A DNA stretch of 64,000 nt, taken from the NCBI GenBank assembly GCA_965250285.1, contig OZ252299.1:5216001-5280000 (forward strand), written 5' to 3'. The stretch comes from Myxococcota bacterium (GTDB taxonomy: Bacteria; Myxococcota_A; UBA9160; UBA4427). The notes beneath the pieces were generated by a model, which worked only from the letters and a program-made list of their open reading frames with translations, did no database searches and was not told the DNA's origin. The position numbers and the translations under genes are program-made. How positions within the stretch are numbered: the first letter of the stretch is position 1; the number at the start of each line of letters is the position of its first letter. Positions 37,996-47,869 of the stretch are shown here, piece by piece.

Positions 37996-39579
37996 TTGAC
38001 GCGAGCGAACGCCATCGAGCTCTTGCAAGCCTGGCAAGCCGAGCACGGACACGTCGACGAACCCGCGCTGCGTGAGATCGCGCGCACGCATCTGATTCCG
38101 CTCTACGAGCTGCAGGGGCTCGTCTCGTTCTATCCCCACTTTCGTTCGACGTCGCCGCCCGATGTCGAGATCGCCGTGTGTCGCGACCTGAGCTGTGCGA
38201 TGCGCGGGGCCGACGCCCTGCGCGGGCGGCTCGAGGCGGCCGCAGCCAAGAGCGATTCGAGCGTCGAGCTGCATTCGGTCTCGTGCCTCGGTCGCTGCGA
38301 TGCGGCGCCGGCCTGTCTGCTCGGTGACGAGCCCGTCGGTCTCGACGCCGTGGCTTCGGCGCTCGGTCTCGCGGCCGACAGCCTCGCCGAGTTCGACGTC
38401 GCGATGCCCTCGACGCCCGACGACGGCTTTGCGAGCGACCCCTACGCAGACGTCTCCGAGCGCTACGGGGGCCTGCGCGCGCTCGCGGCCTCGGGTGACA
38501 CGGCTGCGCTGATCGATCGCATCGAGGCGAGCGGTCTGCGCGGCATGGGAGGGGCGGGCTTCTCGACCGGCTCGAAGTGGCGCTTCGTGGCCGAGGCCGA
38601 AGTGAAAGCCGGCGAAAAGACGGCGATCTGCAACGCCGACGAGAGCGAGCCCGGCACGTTCAAGGATCGTGAGATCCTCGCCCGCCTGCCGCATCTCGTC
38701 GTCGAGGGTCTCGCGCTCGGCGGGCTCTGCGTCGGGGCCGAGCGCGGCATCGTGTTCGTCCGCCACGAGTACGCGCCCGAAACGCGCGCTCTGCGCGGCG
38801 AGCTCGAGCGAGCGCGTGCTTTGGGTGCCATCGGGCCCGACGTCTTCGGCAGCGGACGCGCGTTCGAGGTCGATGTCTTCGTCTCGCCCGGCGGATACAT
38901 CCTCGGTGAAGAGACGGCGCTGCTCGAAGCGCTCGAGGGGCGCCGCGGTGAACCGCGCAACAAGCCCCCCTTCCCGGGCATCGAGGGCTTGCGGGGTGCG
39001 CCCACGCTCATCAACAACGTCGAGACGCTCTGCGCCGTTCCGCGCATCGCCCACGGCGCCTCGGCCGATCTCAAGTTCTTCAGCGTGAGCGGTGACGTGG
39101 AGCGTCCAGGCGTGCACGAGGTGCCCCTCGGTACGCCGCTCAGCGCCCTGATCGAGCGCTGCGGAGGGCTGCGTGAAGGCCGGTCGCTGCTCGCGTTCCT
39201 GCCCGGTGGCGCCAGCACCGGGTTTCTCGGTGCCGAGCACGTCGACCTGCCGCTCGACTGGGATCCGCTCCGCGAGGCCGGCTCGGCGCTCGGCAGCGGC
39301 GCGGTGATCGTCGTGGCCGAAGGCGCCGACCTGCGCGCACTCGCGGGCAACCTGACGGCGTTCTTTCGCAACGAGTCGTGTGGCAAGTGCGTGCCGTGTC
39401 GCATCGGCACCGAGCGAGCGGTGAAGATGATCGAGGACGACGGTCCACTCGACGCGACGCGGCTGCGCGCCCTGGCCGAGCTGCTCGCCGACACGTCGAT
39501 CTGCGGCCTCGGGCAGGCCGCGCTGAACCCGATCACGAGCGTTCTCGAGCGCTTCGATGTCGGCGGGGCATCGTCATGA
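37996..39579 (+). CDS. Fused NuoE-NuoF-like diaphorase subunit of NAD-dependent formate dehydrogenase
   Basis: 2Fe-2S 'CRDLSC...CLGRC', 'GLRGMGGAGF', 'NADESEPGTFKDR', 'ESCGKCVPCRIG...SICGLG'; TTG start after GAGGAG. Confidence 0.88.
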   Translation: MTRANAIELLQAWQAEHGHVDEPALREIARTHLIPLYELQGLVSFYPHFRSTSPPDVEIAVCRDLSCAMRGADALRGRLEAAAAKSDSSVELHSVSCLGRCDAAPACLLGDEPVGLDAVASALGLAADSLAEFDVAMPSTPDDGFASDPYADVSERYGGLRALAASGDTAALIDRIEASGLRGMGGAGFSTGSKWRFVAEAEVKAGEKTAICNADESEPGTFKDREILARLPHLVVEGLALGGLCVGAERGIVFVRHEYAPETRALRGELERARALGAIGPDVFGSGRAFEVDVFVSPGGYILGEETALLEALEGRRGEPRNKPPFPGIEGLRGAPTLINNVETLCAVPRIAHGASADLKFFSVSGDVERPGVHEVPLGTPLSALIERCGGLREGRSLLAFLPGGASTGFLGAEHVDLPLDWDPLREAGSALGSGAVIVVAEGADLRALAGNLTAFFRNESCGKCVPCRIGTERAVKMIEDDGPLDATRLRALAELLADTSICGLGQAALNPITSVLERFDVGGASS

Positions 39580-42392
39580 GCGCGACCGAACCGATTCACG
39601 TGCGTGCGCCGGTCACCCTCGAGATCGACGGGCGGTCGGTCACGGTCGAAGCGGGGACGTCGCTCTACGACGCGATCGTGCAGTCGGGGGGCGACGTGCC
39701 GGTGCTCTGCCACGACCCCAAGCTGCGGCCGGTCGGCGTGTGTCGCGTATGCTCGGTCGAGGTCGAAGGAGCACGCACCCTGGTGGCTTCGTGCGTGCGT
39801 GATGCCGAGCCGGGCATGGTCGTGCGCACGCAGAGCGAGCGCGTGCGCCGCGCGCAGACGGGTCTGGTCGAGCTGCTCATGGCCGAGCAGCTCGAAGCGT
39901 CGCGCCGCGAAACCGAGACGGGCGACGACCTGCTCTTCGATCTCGCGCGCGCACTCGACGTCGATGCAGCGCCGCGGTCCACGCGCGCGCGCCCGGTCGA
40001 CGATTCGTCACCGGTGATCCACGTCGATCACCAGGCCTGCATCCTGTGCGATCGCTGCATTCGAGCCTGCGACGAGGTGCAGTGCAATCACGTGATCGGG
40101 CGAACGGGCAAGGGGGGCAGCGCGCGAATCGCCTTCGATCTCGATCAGCCGATGGGCGAGTCGACGTGCGTGAGCTGCGGCGAGTGCGCGGCGGCCTGCC
40201 CGACGGGCGCGCTCGTCGATCAGGGCCTGCAGGCGCCCCTTCGGCCGCGTGAGGTGCTCGAGCCGGTCGACTCGGTCTGCCCGTACTGCGGAGTTGGGTG
40301 CGCGGTGCGATACCACGTCGATCGCGACGCCAACCAGGTCGTCTTCGCCGAAGGCCGAAGCGAGCGTGGCAATCAGGGTCGGCTCTGCGTGAAGGGGCGC
40401 TACGGCTGGGACTACTCCGGCCACGCGCATCGCCTCACGAAGCCGCTGATCCGCGTCGACTACCCGAAGCGTGCGCTGTCGACCGAGGTGCAGGGGGCGC
40501 AGCGGAGGCGCGGCAAGCCGGGCGGCGTCGTCGACTACGACGAGGTGATGCCGGCCTTTCGCGAAGCCAGCTGGGAAGAGGCGCTCGATCTCGTAGCGGC
40601 TCGGCTCGGCGCGATTCGCGACACCGACGGCCCGTCGGCGCTCGCGGGCTTCGGTTCGGCCAAGTGCAGCAACGAAGAGGCGTATCTCTTCCAGAAGCTG
40701 GTGCGCGTCGGCTTCGGCACGAACAACGTCGATCACTGCACGCGGCTATGCCACGCCTCGAGCGTGGCTGCGCTGCTCGAGATGATCGGCTCGGGTGCCG
40801 TCACGACGAGCTACGGCGACGTCGTCAATGCCGAGCTGGCGCTCGTCACTGGCAGCAACGCGAGCGCGAACCATCCGGTCGCTGCGACGTTCTTCAAGCA
40901 GGCGGCGGCCGCGGGCACCAAGCTTCTGATCGTCGACCCTCGCTGGACGCCCCTTTGCGACCACGCCTGGCGCTTCTGCCAGATTCGATCGGGCACCGAT
41001 GTCGCCTTCTACAACGCGATGATGCACGTGATCATCGAAGAGGGTCTCGTCGACGAGGCGTACGTTCGCGCGCACACGCGCGACTTCGAGCGCGTCGCCG
41101 AGAACGTGCGCGACGTGACACCCGAGCGCGCAGCGGCGATCTGCGGCGTGCCTGCCGAGACGATCCGCGAGGTCGCTCTCGAGTACGGCCGCGCGAAGGG
41201 GGCGATCACGTACTGGGGCATGGGCATGAGCCAGCACGTGCACGGCACCGACAACTGCCGCTGCATCATCTCGCTCGCCTTGATGACGGGTAATATCGGT
41301 CGCCACGGCGCGGGGCTGCACCCTCTGCGCGGACAGAACAACGTGCAGGGGGCAAGCGACGCGGGCCTGATCCCGATGGTCTTCCCCGACTATCAGCGCG
41401 TCGACGACGCCGAGGTGCGCGCGAAATTCGAGGCGGCGTGGGGCGTCGAGCTCGATGGCGAGCCGGGGTTGACCGTCGTCGAGATCATGAAGGCGGCCGG
41501 GCGGGGCGAGATCAAGGGCATGTACATGCTCGGCGAGAACCCGTTTCTCAGCGATCCCGACACGAACGCGGTGCGCAAGGCCCTCGCGAGCCTCGACTTC
41601 CTCGTGGTGCAGGACATCTTTCTCACCGAGACGGCCGAGTTCGCCGACGTCGTGCTGCCGGCCACGAGCCAGCTCGAGAAGTCGGGCACGTACACGAACA
41701 CCGATCGGCGCGTGCAGCTCGGTCGCCCCGTCGTCACGCCGCCCGGCGAGGCGCGCCTCGACTGGCAGATCATCCAACAGCTCTCGACCCGGCTCGGCTA
41801 CGCCATGGCGTACGAATCGACCGAGCAGATCTTCGACGAGATGACCGCGCTCACGCACGCGTACCAGGGTCTCTCCCACGACCTGCTGGGCGCCGACGGC
41901 AAGCTCTACCCCTGCGACGATCCCGAGCACGAAGAGGGCACCGAGGTCATGTTCGGCGACGGCTTCCCCACCGAGGACGGGCGCGCGCGCTTCGTGCCCG
42001 CCGTGCACGCGGGCGCCGACGAGCTGCCCGACGCGCAGTACCCGTTCGTGCTCGTGACGGGTCGTGTGCTCGAGCACTGGCATACTGGTGTGATGACCCG
42101 CCGGGCCAAGGCCCTCGCGGCCATCGAGCCCGAGGCGTTCGCCGACCTGAACGAAGACGATGCGGCTCGCCTCGGGGTCGCGACCGGCGACTGGGTGCGC
42201 ATCGCGTCGCGTCGCGGTGAGATTCGACTCGCTGCGCGGGTGGGGACGAGCGTGCAGCCGGGCTCGGTCTTCGTGCCGTTCCACTTTCGCGAGGCCGCGG
42301 CGAATCTGTTGACGAATCCGCGGCTGGATCCGGATGGGAAGATTCCGGAGTTCAAGTTTGCGGCGGTGACGGTGGAGGCGGATCGGGGGTGA
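39576..42392 (+). CDS. fdhF: Formate dehydrogenase alpha subunit (Mo/W-bisPGD, Cys ligand)
   Basis: 'CPYCGVGC', 'NNVDHCTRLCHAS', 'LRGQNNVQG', 'IPEFK'. Confidence 0.93.
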   Translation: MSATEPIHVRAPVTLEIDGRSVTVEAGTSLYDAIVQSGGDVPVLCHDPKLRPVGVCRVCSVEVEGARTLVASCVRDAEPGMVVRTQSERVRRAQTGLVELLMAEQLEASRRETETGDDLLFDLARALDVDAAPRSTRARPVDDSSPVIHVDHQACILCDRCIRACDEVQCNHVIGRTGKGGSARIAFDLDQPMGESTCVSCGECAAACPTGALVDQGLQAPLRPREVLEPVDSVCPYCGVGCAVRYHVDRDANQVVFAEGRSERGNQGRLCVKGRYGWDYSGHAHRLTKPLIRVDYPKRALSTEVQGAQRRRGKPGGVVDYDEVMPAFREASWEEALDLVAARLGAIRDTDGPSALAGFGSAKCSNEEAYLFQKLVRVGFGTNNVDHCTRLCHASSVAALLEMIGSGAVTTSYGDVVNAELALVTGSNASANHPVAATFFKQAAAAGTKLLIVDPRWTPLCDHAWRFCQIRSGTDVAFYNAMMHVIIEEGLVDEAYVRAHTRDFERVAENVRDVTPERAAAICGVPAETIREVALEYGRAKGAITYWGMGMSQHVHGTDNCRCIISLALMTGNIGRHGAGLHPLRGQNNVQGASDAGLIPMVFPDYQRVDDAEVRAKFEAAWGVELDGEPGLTVVEIMKAAGRGEIKGMYMLGENPFLSDPDTNAVRKALASLDFLVVQDIFLTETAEFADVVLPATSQLEKSGTYTNTDRRVQLGRPVVTPPGEARLDWQIIQQLSTRLGYAMAYESTEQIFDEMTALTHAYQGLSHDLLGADGKLYPCDDPEHEEGTEVMFGDGFPTEDGRARFVPAVHAGADELPDAQYPFVLVTGRVLEHWHTGVMTRRAKALAAIEPEAFADLNEDDAARLGVATGDWVRIASRRGEIRLAARVGTSVQPGSVFVPFHFREAAANLLTNPRLDPDGKIPEFKFAAVTVEADRG

Positions 42393-42403
42393 GTGGCCGG
42401 GGG

Positions 42404-42536
42404 TTCGCATTCTGGGGGCGGCGTCCTCAGACTGCGTCGGGCCCGCCTTGCCGCGTTGAATCGATGTCGCCGGAGGCGCCGCGTCTTGCTCGGGCTGGCC
42501 CGACTTCGATTGCGGGCGCCGCCCCCAGAATGCGAA
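42404..42536 (+). repeat. Dispersed hairpin element copy R5 (subfamily A)
   Basis: TTCGCATTCTGGGGGCGGCG...CGCCGCCCCCAGAATGCGAA. Confidence 0.92.
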
Positions 42537-42606
42537 GTCGGATCGCCTCGGTCGCAACGCATCGTTGGCGCAGACTCGAGGCTCCTTTGGATGGGGTAAA
42601 GGGGCG

Positions 42607-43878
42607 CTAGAAGCGGTCGAGGTGCCAGGTGGCGGAGAGGAGGCCGAGGCGGAAGGTGGGGCAGTCGGTCGGGCCGGGGAGGGTGAGGCTCGTCGTTCGC
42701 TCGCCCTCGGCCGGGATGTCGGCGACGTCGACGGCGGCACCGGTCTCGCCGCAGTCGATCTCGATCGTGGCCGTGGCGACGGCGCGCGGCGCGCGGTTGC
42801 CGATGGTCACATCGAACTCGAGACGTTCGCCGCCGTGGTTCACGCCCCGCGCTTTGAGGTCGAGCCAGGGGCGAATGTCGTGTCGCCGATCGCCGGGGCT
42901 CGGGTCGAGGTGGATCCGCTTTCGATCGTGATCGATCTCGACGCGGAACTGGCTCGAGACGTTCAGGCCGAGCAGCCCCGACCGGCCGGGCGCCGTGCAC
43001 GAAGGGCACGCCGCCACCGTCACCCACTCGACCGGCGCGTCGCCGAGCCAGACGGCGTCGAGCAGCACGAGCGGCGCGTCGATCGGGCCGCCAGCCGTGT
43101 TGAGGGTCACCCGCGGCGCATTGCGCGGCACGTCGACGTCGATCTCGGCCAGGGCGTCGGGCGTCACCGTGGTGAACGAGGCGCCCGTATCGAAGATCAT
43201 GCGGAACCGGTCGCCGAAGTCGGGCCCATCCAGAGCGACCTCGACATCGAGCTCGCGGCCGTCGCCTCGGTAGGCCAGCACGACGGGCGCGGTCGGTGCG
43301 GGATCGGGGCGCGCGACCGGGGTGCGGGTCGAGGGGCGGGGCGCCGTCTCGTCGGGCTGCGGCTTCGAAGCGGAGGGTGACGTCGCGGCCTGGGGCGTGG
43401 CGATCGCGAGCGGCTCGGGGGGCTTCTCGCCCTCGGCGCCGAGCCAGCTGGCCAGGGTGCCGACGAAGCTCCCGGCCGGCTCACGCAGCGGGCCGAGGTG
43501 CGCCGCGAAGAGCACGTCGGCGCCGCGGCGCGCCGCTTCACGGCGCTCGCCGGGGGCGAAGCCCGGCACGGTCAGGAGGAGGGCGATTGTCCAGATCCAG
43601 GCCGAGAGGACTCGGGCGACCCGGCGGCCGGCGTCCGATGAGCCGGCGCCGATCGCGCGAAACCCCGATGCGAGCCCGACGACCGGCAACAGCGCCACCG
43701 CGAGCGCCGCGGTGAGGGCGAGCGACGTCGATGCCCCCGTTTGCAGCCCGAGGCCCAGCAGTACGCAGGTCGCGACGCCAAGGGGTACCCCGAGAACCAC
43801 GGCCTCGACCGCGACGTCGAAGGCACGGATGGGACGCGGTGAGCGAGTGGATCCGAGCCGACTCATGGGACGGTGCAT
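42607..43878 (-). CDS. Membrane-anchored retropepsin-like (clan AA) aspartic protease
   Basis: Three TM helices, Pro-rich linker, 'FDTGAS', 'TAGG', 'GLLGLN'. Confidence 0.82.
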   Translation of the reverse strand: MHRPMSRLGSTRSPRPIRAFDVAVEAVVLGVPLGVATCVLLGLGLQTGASTSLALTAALAVALLPVVGLASGFRAIGAGSSDAGRRVARVLSAWIWTIALLLTVPGFAPGERREAARRGADVLFAAHLGPLREPAGSFVGTLASWLGAEGEKPPEPLAIATPQAATSPSASKPQPDETAPRPSTRTPVARPDPAPTAPVVLAYRGDGRELDVEVALDGPDFGDRFRMIFDTGASFTTVTPDALAEIDVDVPRNAPRVTLNTAGGPIDAPLVLLDAVWLGDAPVEWVTVAACPSCTAPGRSGLLGLNVSSQFRVEIDHDRKRIHLDPSPGDRRHDIRPWLDLKARGVNHGGERLEFDVTIGNRAPRAVATATIEIDCGETGAAVDVADIPAEGERTTSLTLPGPTDCPTFRLGLLSATWHLDRF

Positions 43879-44045
43879 CTCCCTCGCGCGGTCGCTGTCT
43901 CGCGTGCTGGCTCCGGCGCTCGCTGCCGGGCCGGCGCCGGGCCCGCTCGCTCACCCGATCAGCCGGATCGTGGGGCGACGACCGGTCCTTCATGGATGCT
44001 GCCCTCGAACGTATCGTTCCGGCACCCTGCTAACATCCCGCGATC

Positions 44046-44924
44046 ATGCGTAGCCGGACCGACCGACTCCGACAGCGCTCCCTCGTCATCCTGGTCACGC
44101 TGCTGGTTTCGGCCCAGACCGGGTGCTCGCTCATCATGGGGCGGGTCACTTCGGGCGTGGCCGACAGCCTGACGGTGGCCGTGCTGGCCCAGGATGATCC
44201 CGAGCTCGTGCGCGATGGTGCTCCTGCGTACCTGATCGCGCTCGATGGCTTGATCGAGGGAGATCCCGACAACCTCGACCTGCTGATGAGCGGCGCGAGC
44301 CTCTACGGCTCGTATGCCGGCGCGTTCGTCGAAGATCCCGAGCGGGCCGCGCGGCTGGCGACGCGCGCTCGCGGCTACGGCGACCGCGCGATCTGCGTGC
44401 GCAAGAAAGAGTTCTGCGGGCTCTCGGAGAAACCCTTCGACGAGTTCGTCCTCGCGCTCGATGACGTGAAAGAGAAGGATCTGCCCGCGCTCTACAGCTA
44501 CGGCAGCGCCTGGGCGGGCTGGATCCAGGCGAACTCGGCCGACTGGGCCGCCATCGCCGACCTGCCCAAGGTGCAGGCCGTCATGGAGAAAGTGGTCGAG
44601 CTCGACCCCGAGATCGAGGACGGCCAGGCGTGGATGTACCTCGGCGTGCTCTACACGCTGCGCCCCGCCTCGCTCGGTGGCAAGCCCGAGAAGGGCCGGG
44701 AGGCCTTCGAGCGCGCACTCGTCGTCTCGAACCGGCGTAATCTCTTCGTCCATGTGATGTACGCCAAGCAGTACGCCCGGCTCGTCTTCGACCAGGAGCT
44801 GCACGACGCGCTGCTCACCGAAGCGCTCGAGGCCGATCCGGTCGAGCCCGATCTCACGCTCATCAATACGATTGCCCAGCAGCAGGCGGCCGACCTGCTC
44901 GAAGACGGCAAGGACTACTTCTGA
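44046..44924 (+). CDS. TRAP transporter TatT-family lipoprotein
   Basis: Lipobox 'QTGC', 'DPELVRDGAPAYL', 'LGGKPEKGR'; precedes dctPQM. Confidence 0.85.
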   Translation: MRSRTDRLRQRSLVILVTLLVSAQTGCSLIMGRVTSGVADSLTVAVLAQDDPELVRDGAPAYLIALDGLIEGDPDNLDLLMSGASLYGSYAGAFVEDPERAARLATRARGYGDRAICVRKKEFCGLSEKPFDEFVLALDDVKEKDLPALYSYGSAWAGWIQANSADWAAIADLPKVQAVMEKVVELDPEIEDGQAWMYLGVLYTLRPASLGGKPEKGREAFERALVVSNRRNLFVHVMYAKQYARLVFDQELHDALLTEALEADPVEPDLTLINTIAQQQAADLLEDGKDYF

Positions 44925-44999
44925 TCCACTCTCAAGCCGCGCGCGGCCGCCGCCTCTGAGCGCACGGCCCGCCGCGTGATCCATTTTCGAGGAGACGAC

Positions 45000-46037
45000 A
45001 TGCTGATCTCGAGAGAGGCCCGGACGCGGGCGCTCGCCTGGGCCCTCGCGCTCTCGCTGGTGGTGGGTGCCGCCGGCGCAGCCACCGCCAAGACCCTGAA
45101 GCTCGCCACCGTCATGCCCGACGGCAGCAGCTGGCTCGTCGAGATGCGCGCCGCAGGCAAGCAGATCGAGACCGACACCGACGGTCGGGTCAAGATCAAG
45201 TTCTATCCCGGCGGCGTCATGGGCAACGACAAGACCGTGATGCGCAAGATCCGCGTGGGCCAGCTCCACGGCGGCGCCTTCACCAGCGGTGCCCTCGCGC
45301 CGGTCTATCCCGACATCGACCTCTACAGCCTGCCGCTCCTCTTTCGCACGTTCGACGAGGTCGACTACGTGCGCGAGCGCACCGACGACACGCTCAAGGA
45401 AGGGCTCGAGCAGGCCGGCTTCGTGCCGCTCGCGCTGACCGATGGCGGCTTTGCCTACATCGCGTCGCAGGAGCCCCTGCGCCAGGTCGAAGATCTCTCG
45501 GGCGCGAAGGTGTGGATGCCCGAAGACGACATCATGAGTGAAACGGCCTTCGAGGTCGCGGGCGTGGCGCCCGTGCCGCTGCCGATCGCCGACGTCTACA
45601 CGGCGCTGCAGACCGGCCTCGTCGACACCGTAGCGGCGCCGCCGGCAGGCTTCATCGCCTTTCAGTGGCACACGAAGGTCAAGTACTTCACCGACGTGCC
45701 GTTGATGTATCTGATCGGCATCCTCGCCGTCGACGCGAAGTCGTTCTCGAAGCTCTCGGCCGAAGACCAGCAGGTGGTGCGAAGCCGCTTCGCAGAGGCT
45801 GCGGTGAAGCTCGACGCCGAAAACCGCAGTGGTGACGAGAACGCGCGCGACGCCCTCAAGAAGCAAGGCATCGAGTTCATCGCGGCTTCGAGCGACGAAG
45901 AGGTGGCGCGCTGGCAGCAGATGAGCGAAGACACGCGCGCGAAGCTGCGCGAGCTCGATCGCTATGACGACGGTCTGATCGACCGGATCCTGCAGTACCT
46001 CGACGAGTATCGATCGGGCACGGCCGCGAACCAGTGA
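45000..46037 (+). CDS. dctP: TRAP transporter substrate-binding protein
   Basis: 'LKLATVMPDGSSW', 'YPGGVMG', 'VYTALQTGLVD'. Confidence 0.9.
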   Translation: MLISREARTRALAWALALSLVVGAAGAATAKTLKLATVMPDGSSWLVEMRAAGKQIETDTDGRVKIKFYPGGVMGNDKTVMRKIRVGQLHGGAFTSGALAPVYPDIDLYSLPLLFRTFDEVDYVRERTDDTLKEGLEQAGFVPLALTDGGFAYIASQEPLRQVEDLSGAKVWMPEDDIMSETAFEVAGVAPVPLPIADVYTALQTGLVDTVAAPPAGFIAFQWHTKVKYFTDVPLMYLIGILAVDAKSFSKLSAEDQQVVRSRFAEAAVKLDAENRSGDENARDALKKQGIEFIAASSDEEVARWQQMSEDTRAKLRELDRYDDGLIDRILQYLDEYRSGTAANQ

Positions 46038-46582
46038 GTCTCGAAGATCAAGCGGAGCATCTGGGGGACGATCCGCCCGGCGCCGACGTCGAAGCGGGTC
46101 TCATTGGTGTCGTGCACAAGATCGAGGATGCGTTTCTCTCTCTCTTGCTCGGCGTCATGGTGTTGCTCGCGCCACTCCAGATCTTCTTGCGCAACTTCTT
46201 CGACGAAGGCGTGACCTGGGGCGATCCGCTGCTCCGGGTGCTCGTGCTCTGGGTCGGTCTGCTCGGCGCCGTCAGCGCCGCGCGCGGCGACCGACACATC
46301 ACGATCGACGTGCTCTCGCGCTTCGTCGGCGACAAGCTGCGTCTCTCGCTGCGCATCGTGACGAGTCTCTTCACCGTCATCGTCTGCGGGCTCGTCGCCT
46401 GGTACAGCGGTGAGTTCGTCGCCCTCGAGCGCGAGTTCGAGAGCGAGGCCTTCGCGGGGATGCCCGCCTGGATCATGCAGGTCGTGATCCCCTTCGCGTT
46501 CGCCGTGATCGGCCTGCGCTACCTCGCTTACGCCGTCGGCGACGGCATGCGGCTCGCGCGCGGGGAGGGCCCCGGCGAATGA
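46034..46582 (+). CDS. dctQ: TRAP transporter small permease
   Basis: Four TM, 'QIFLRNF', 'HITIDV'. Confidence 0.88.
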   Translation: MSLEDQAEHLGDDPPGADVEAGLIGVVHKIEDAFLSLLLGVMVLLAPLQIFLRNFFDEGVTWGDPLLRVLVLWVGLLGAVSAARGDRHITIDVLSRFVGDKLRLSLRIVTSLFTVIVCGLVAWYSGEFVALEREFESEAFAGMPAWIMQVVIPFAFAVIGLRYLAYAVGDGMRLARGEGPGE

Positions 46583-47853
46583 TCTCGCTGCTGCTCATTC
46601 TGCTCGCGCTCGCTGGCGCGCCGCTCTTCGCCGTGATCGCCGCAAGCGCGATGCTCGGCTTCTCGAGCGAAGACGTCGACCTCTCGGTGATGGGGATCGA
46701 GATCTACCGCCTGGCCGAGATGCCGGTGCTGCTGGCGATCCCGCTCTTCACGTTCGCGGGCTATCTGCTCGGCGAGAGCGACGCCCCGAAGCGGCTCGTC
46801 CGCCTGACCAATGCACTGCTCGGCTGGCTCTCGGGCGGTCTCGCGATCGTATCGCTCGCCGCGTGCGCGCTCTTCACGGCCTTCACGGGTGCGTCGGGTG
46901 TGACGATCGTCGCGCTCGGTGCGTTGCTCTACCCCGCGCTTCGCCAGGCGAACTACAGCGAGAAGTTCAGTCTGGGTCTCGTCACGACGTCGGGTAGCCT
47001 GGGCCTGCTCTTCGCGCCGGCGCTGCCGCTCATTCTCTACGGTGTCGTCGCGCAGCAGATGGATCTCGATGAGCCCGTGCGGATCGACGACCTCTTCGCG
47101 GCCGGGCTGGTACCGGGTCTGCTGATGGTGGTGGCGCTCTCGATCTACAGCATGTGGGCCACGCGCGGCGGTGTCGAAGAAGAGCGCCAGGCCTTCACGT
47201 GGGGGGAGGCCTGGGGGGCGATCAAGGACGCTGGCTGGGAGATCCCCCTGCCGCTCGTCGTGCTGGGTGGCATCTACGGTGGCTTCTTCGCGCTGAGCGA
47301 AGCGGCGGCGGTCACGGCGCTCTACGTGCTCGTCGTCGAGGTCGGCATTCGGCGCGAGATCAAGCTGACCGCGCTGCCCGCCGTGATGCGAGAATCGATG
47401 GTGCTCGTCGGAGCCATCGTCGTGATCCTCGGCGTCTCGCTCGCGTCGACCAACTACATGATCGACACCGAGGTGCCGACCCGGCTCTTCGACGTGATCC
47501 GCGCGCACATCGACAGCAAGCTCACATTCCTGATGCTGCTCAACATCTTCCTGCTCGCGCTGGGGATGATGCTCGACATCTTCTCGGCGCTGGTCATCGT
47601 GGTGCCGATTATCCTGCCGATCGCCATCGGCTACGGCATCCATCCCGTGCATCTGGGCATCATCTTTCTCGCCAACATGCAGATCGGCTACATCACGCCG
47701 CCGGTCGGGATGAACCTCTTCATCGCGAGCTATCGCTTCGAGAAGCCGGTGCTCGAGGTCTACAAGGCGACGGTGCCGTTCTTCGTGATCCTGTTGGTCA
47801 GCGTGCTGATCATCACGTACTGGCCGGCGCTCTCGCTCTTCTTGATCCAGTAG
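46579..47853 (+). CDS. dctM: TRAP transporter large permease
   Basis: 'LAIPLFTFAG', 'GIHPVHLG', 'ITPPVGMNLF'. Confidence 0.93.
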   Translation: MISLLLILLALAGAPLFAVIAASAMLGFSSEDVDLSVMGIEIYRLAEMPVLLAIPLFTFAGYLLGESDAPKRLVRLTNALLGWLSGGLAIVSLAACALFTAFTGASGVTIVALGALLYPALRQANYSEKFSLGLVTTSGSLGLLFAPALPLILYGVVAQQMDLDEPVRIDDLFAAGLVPGLLMVVALSIYSMWATRGGVEEERQAFTWGEAWGAIKDAGWEIPLPLVVLGGIYGGFFALSEAAAVTALYVLVVEVGIRREIKLTALPAVMRESMVLVGAIVVILGVSLASTNYMIDTEVPTRLFDVIRAHIDSKLTFLMLLNIFLLALGMMLDIFSALVIVVPIILPIAIGYGIHPVHLGIIFLANMQIGYITPPVGMNLFIASYRFEKPVLEVYKATVPFFVILLVSVLIITYWPALSLFLIQ

Positions 47854-47869
47854 CGGCCTCGCGGTGGGG

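Noticed and set aside
40735..40760. Selenocysteine in formate dehydrogenase
   Set aside because: The active-site codon is TGC (RLCHAS); no in-frame TGA
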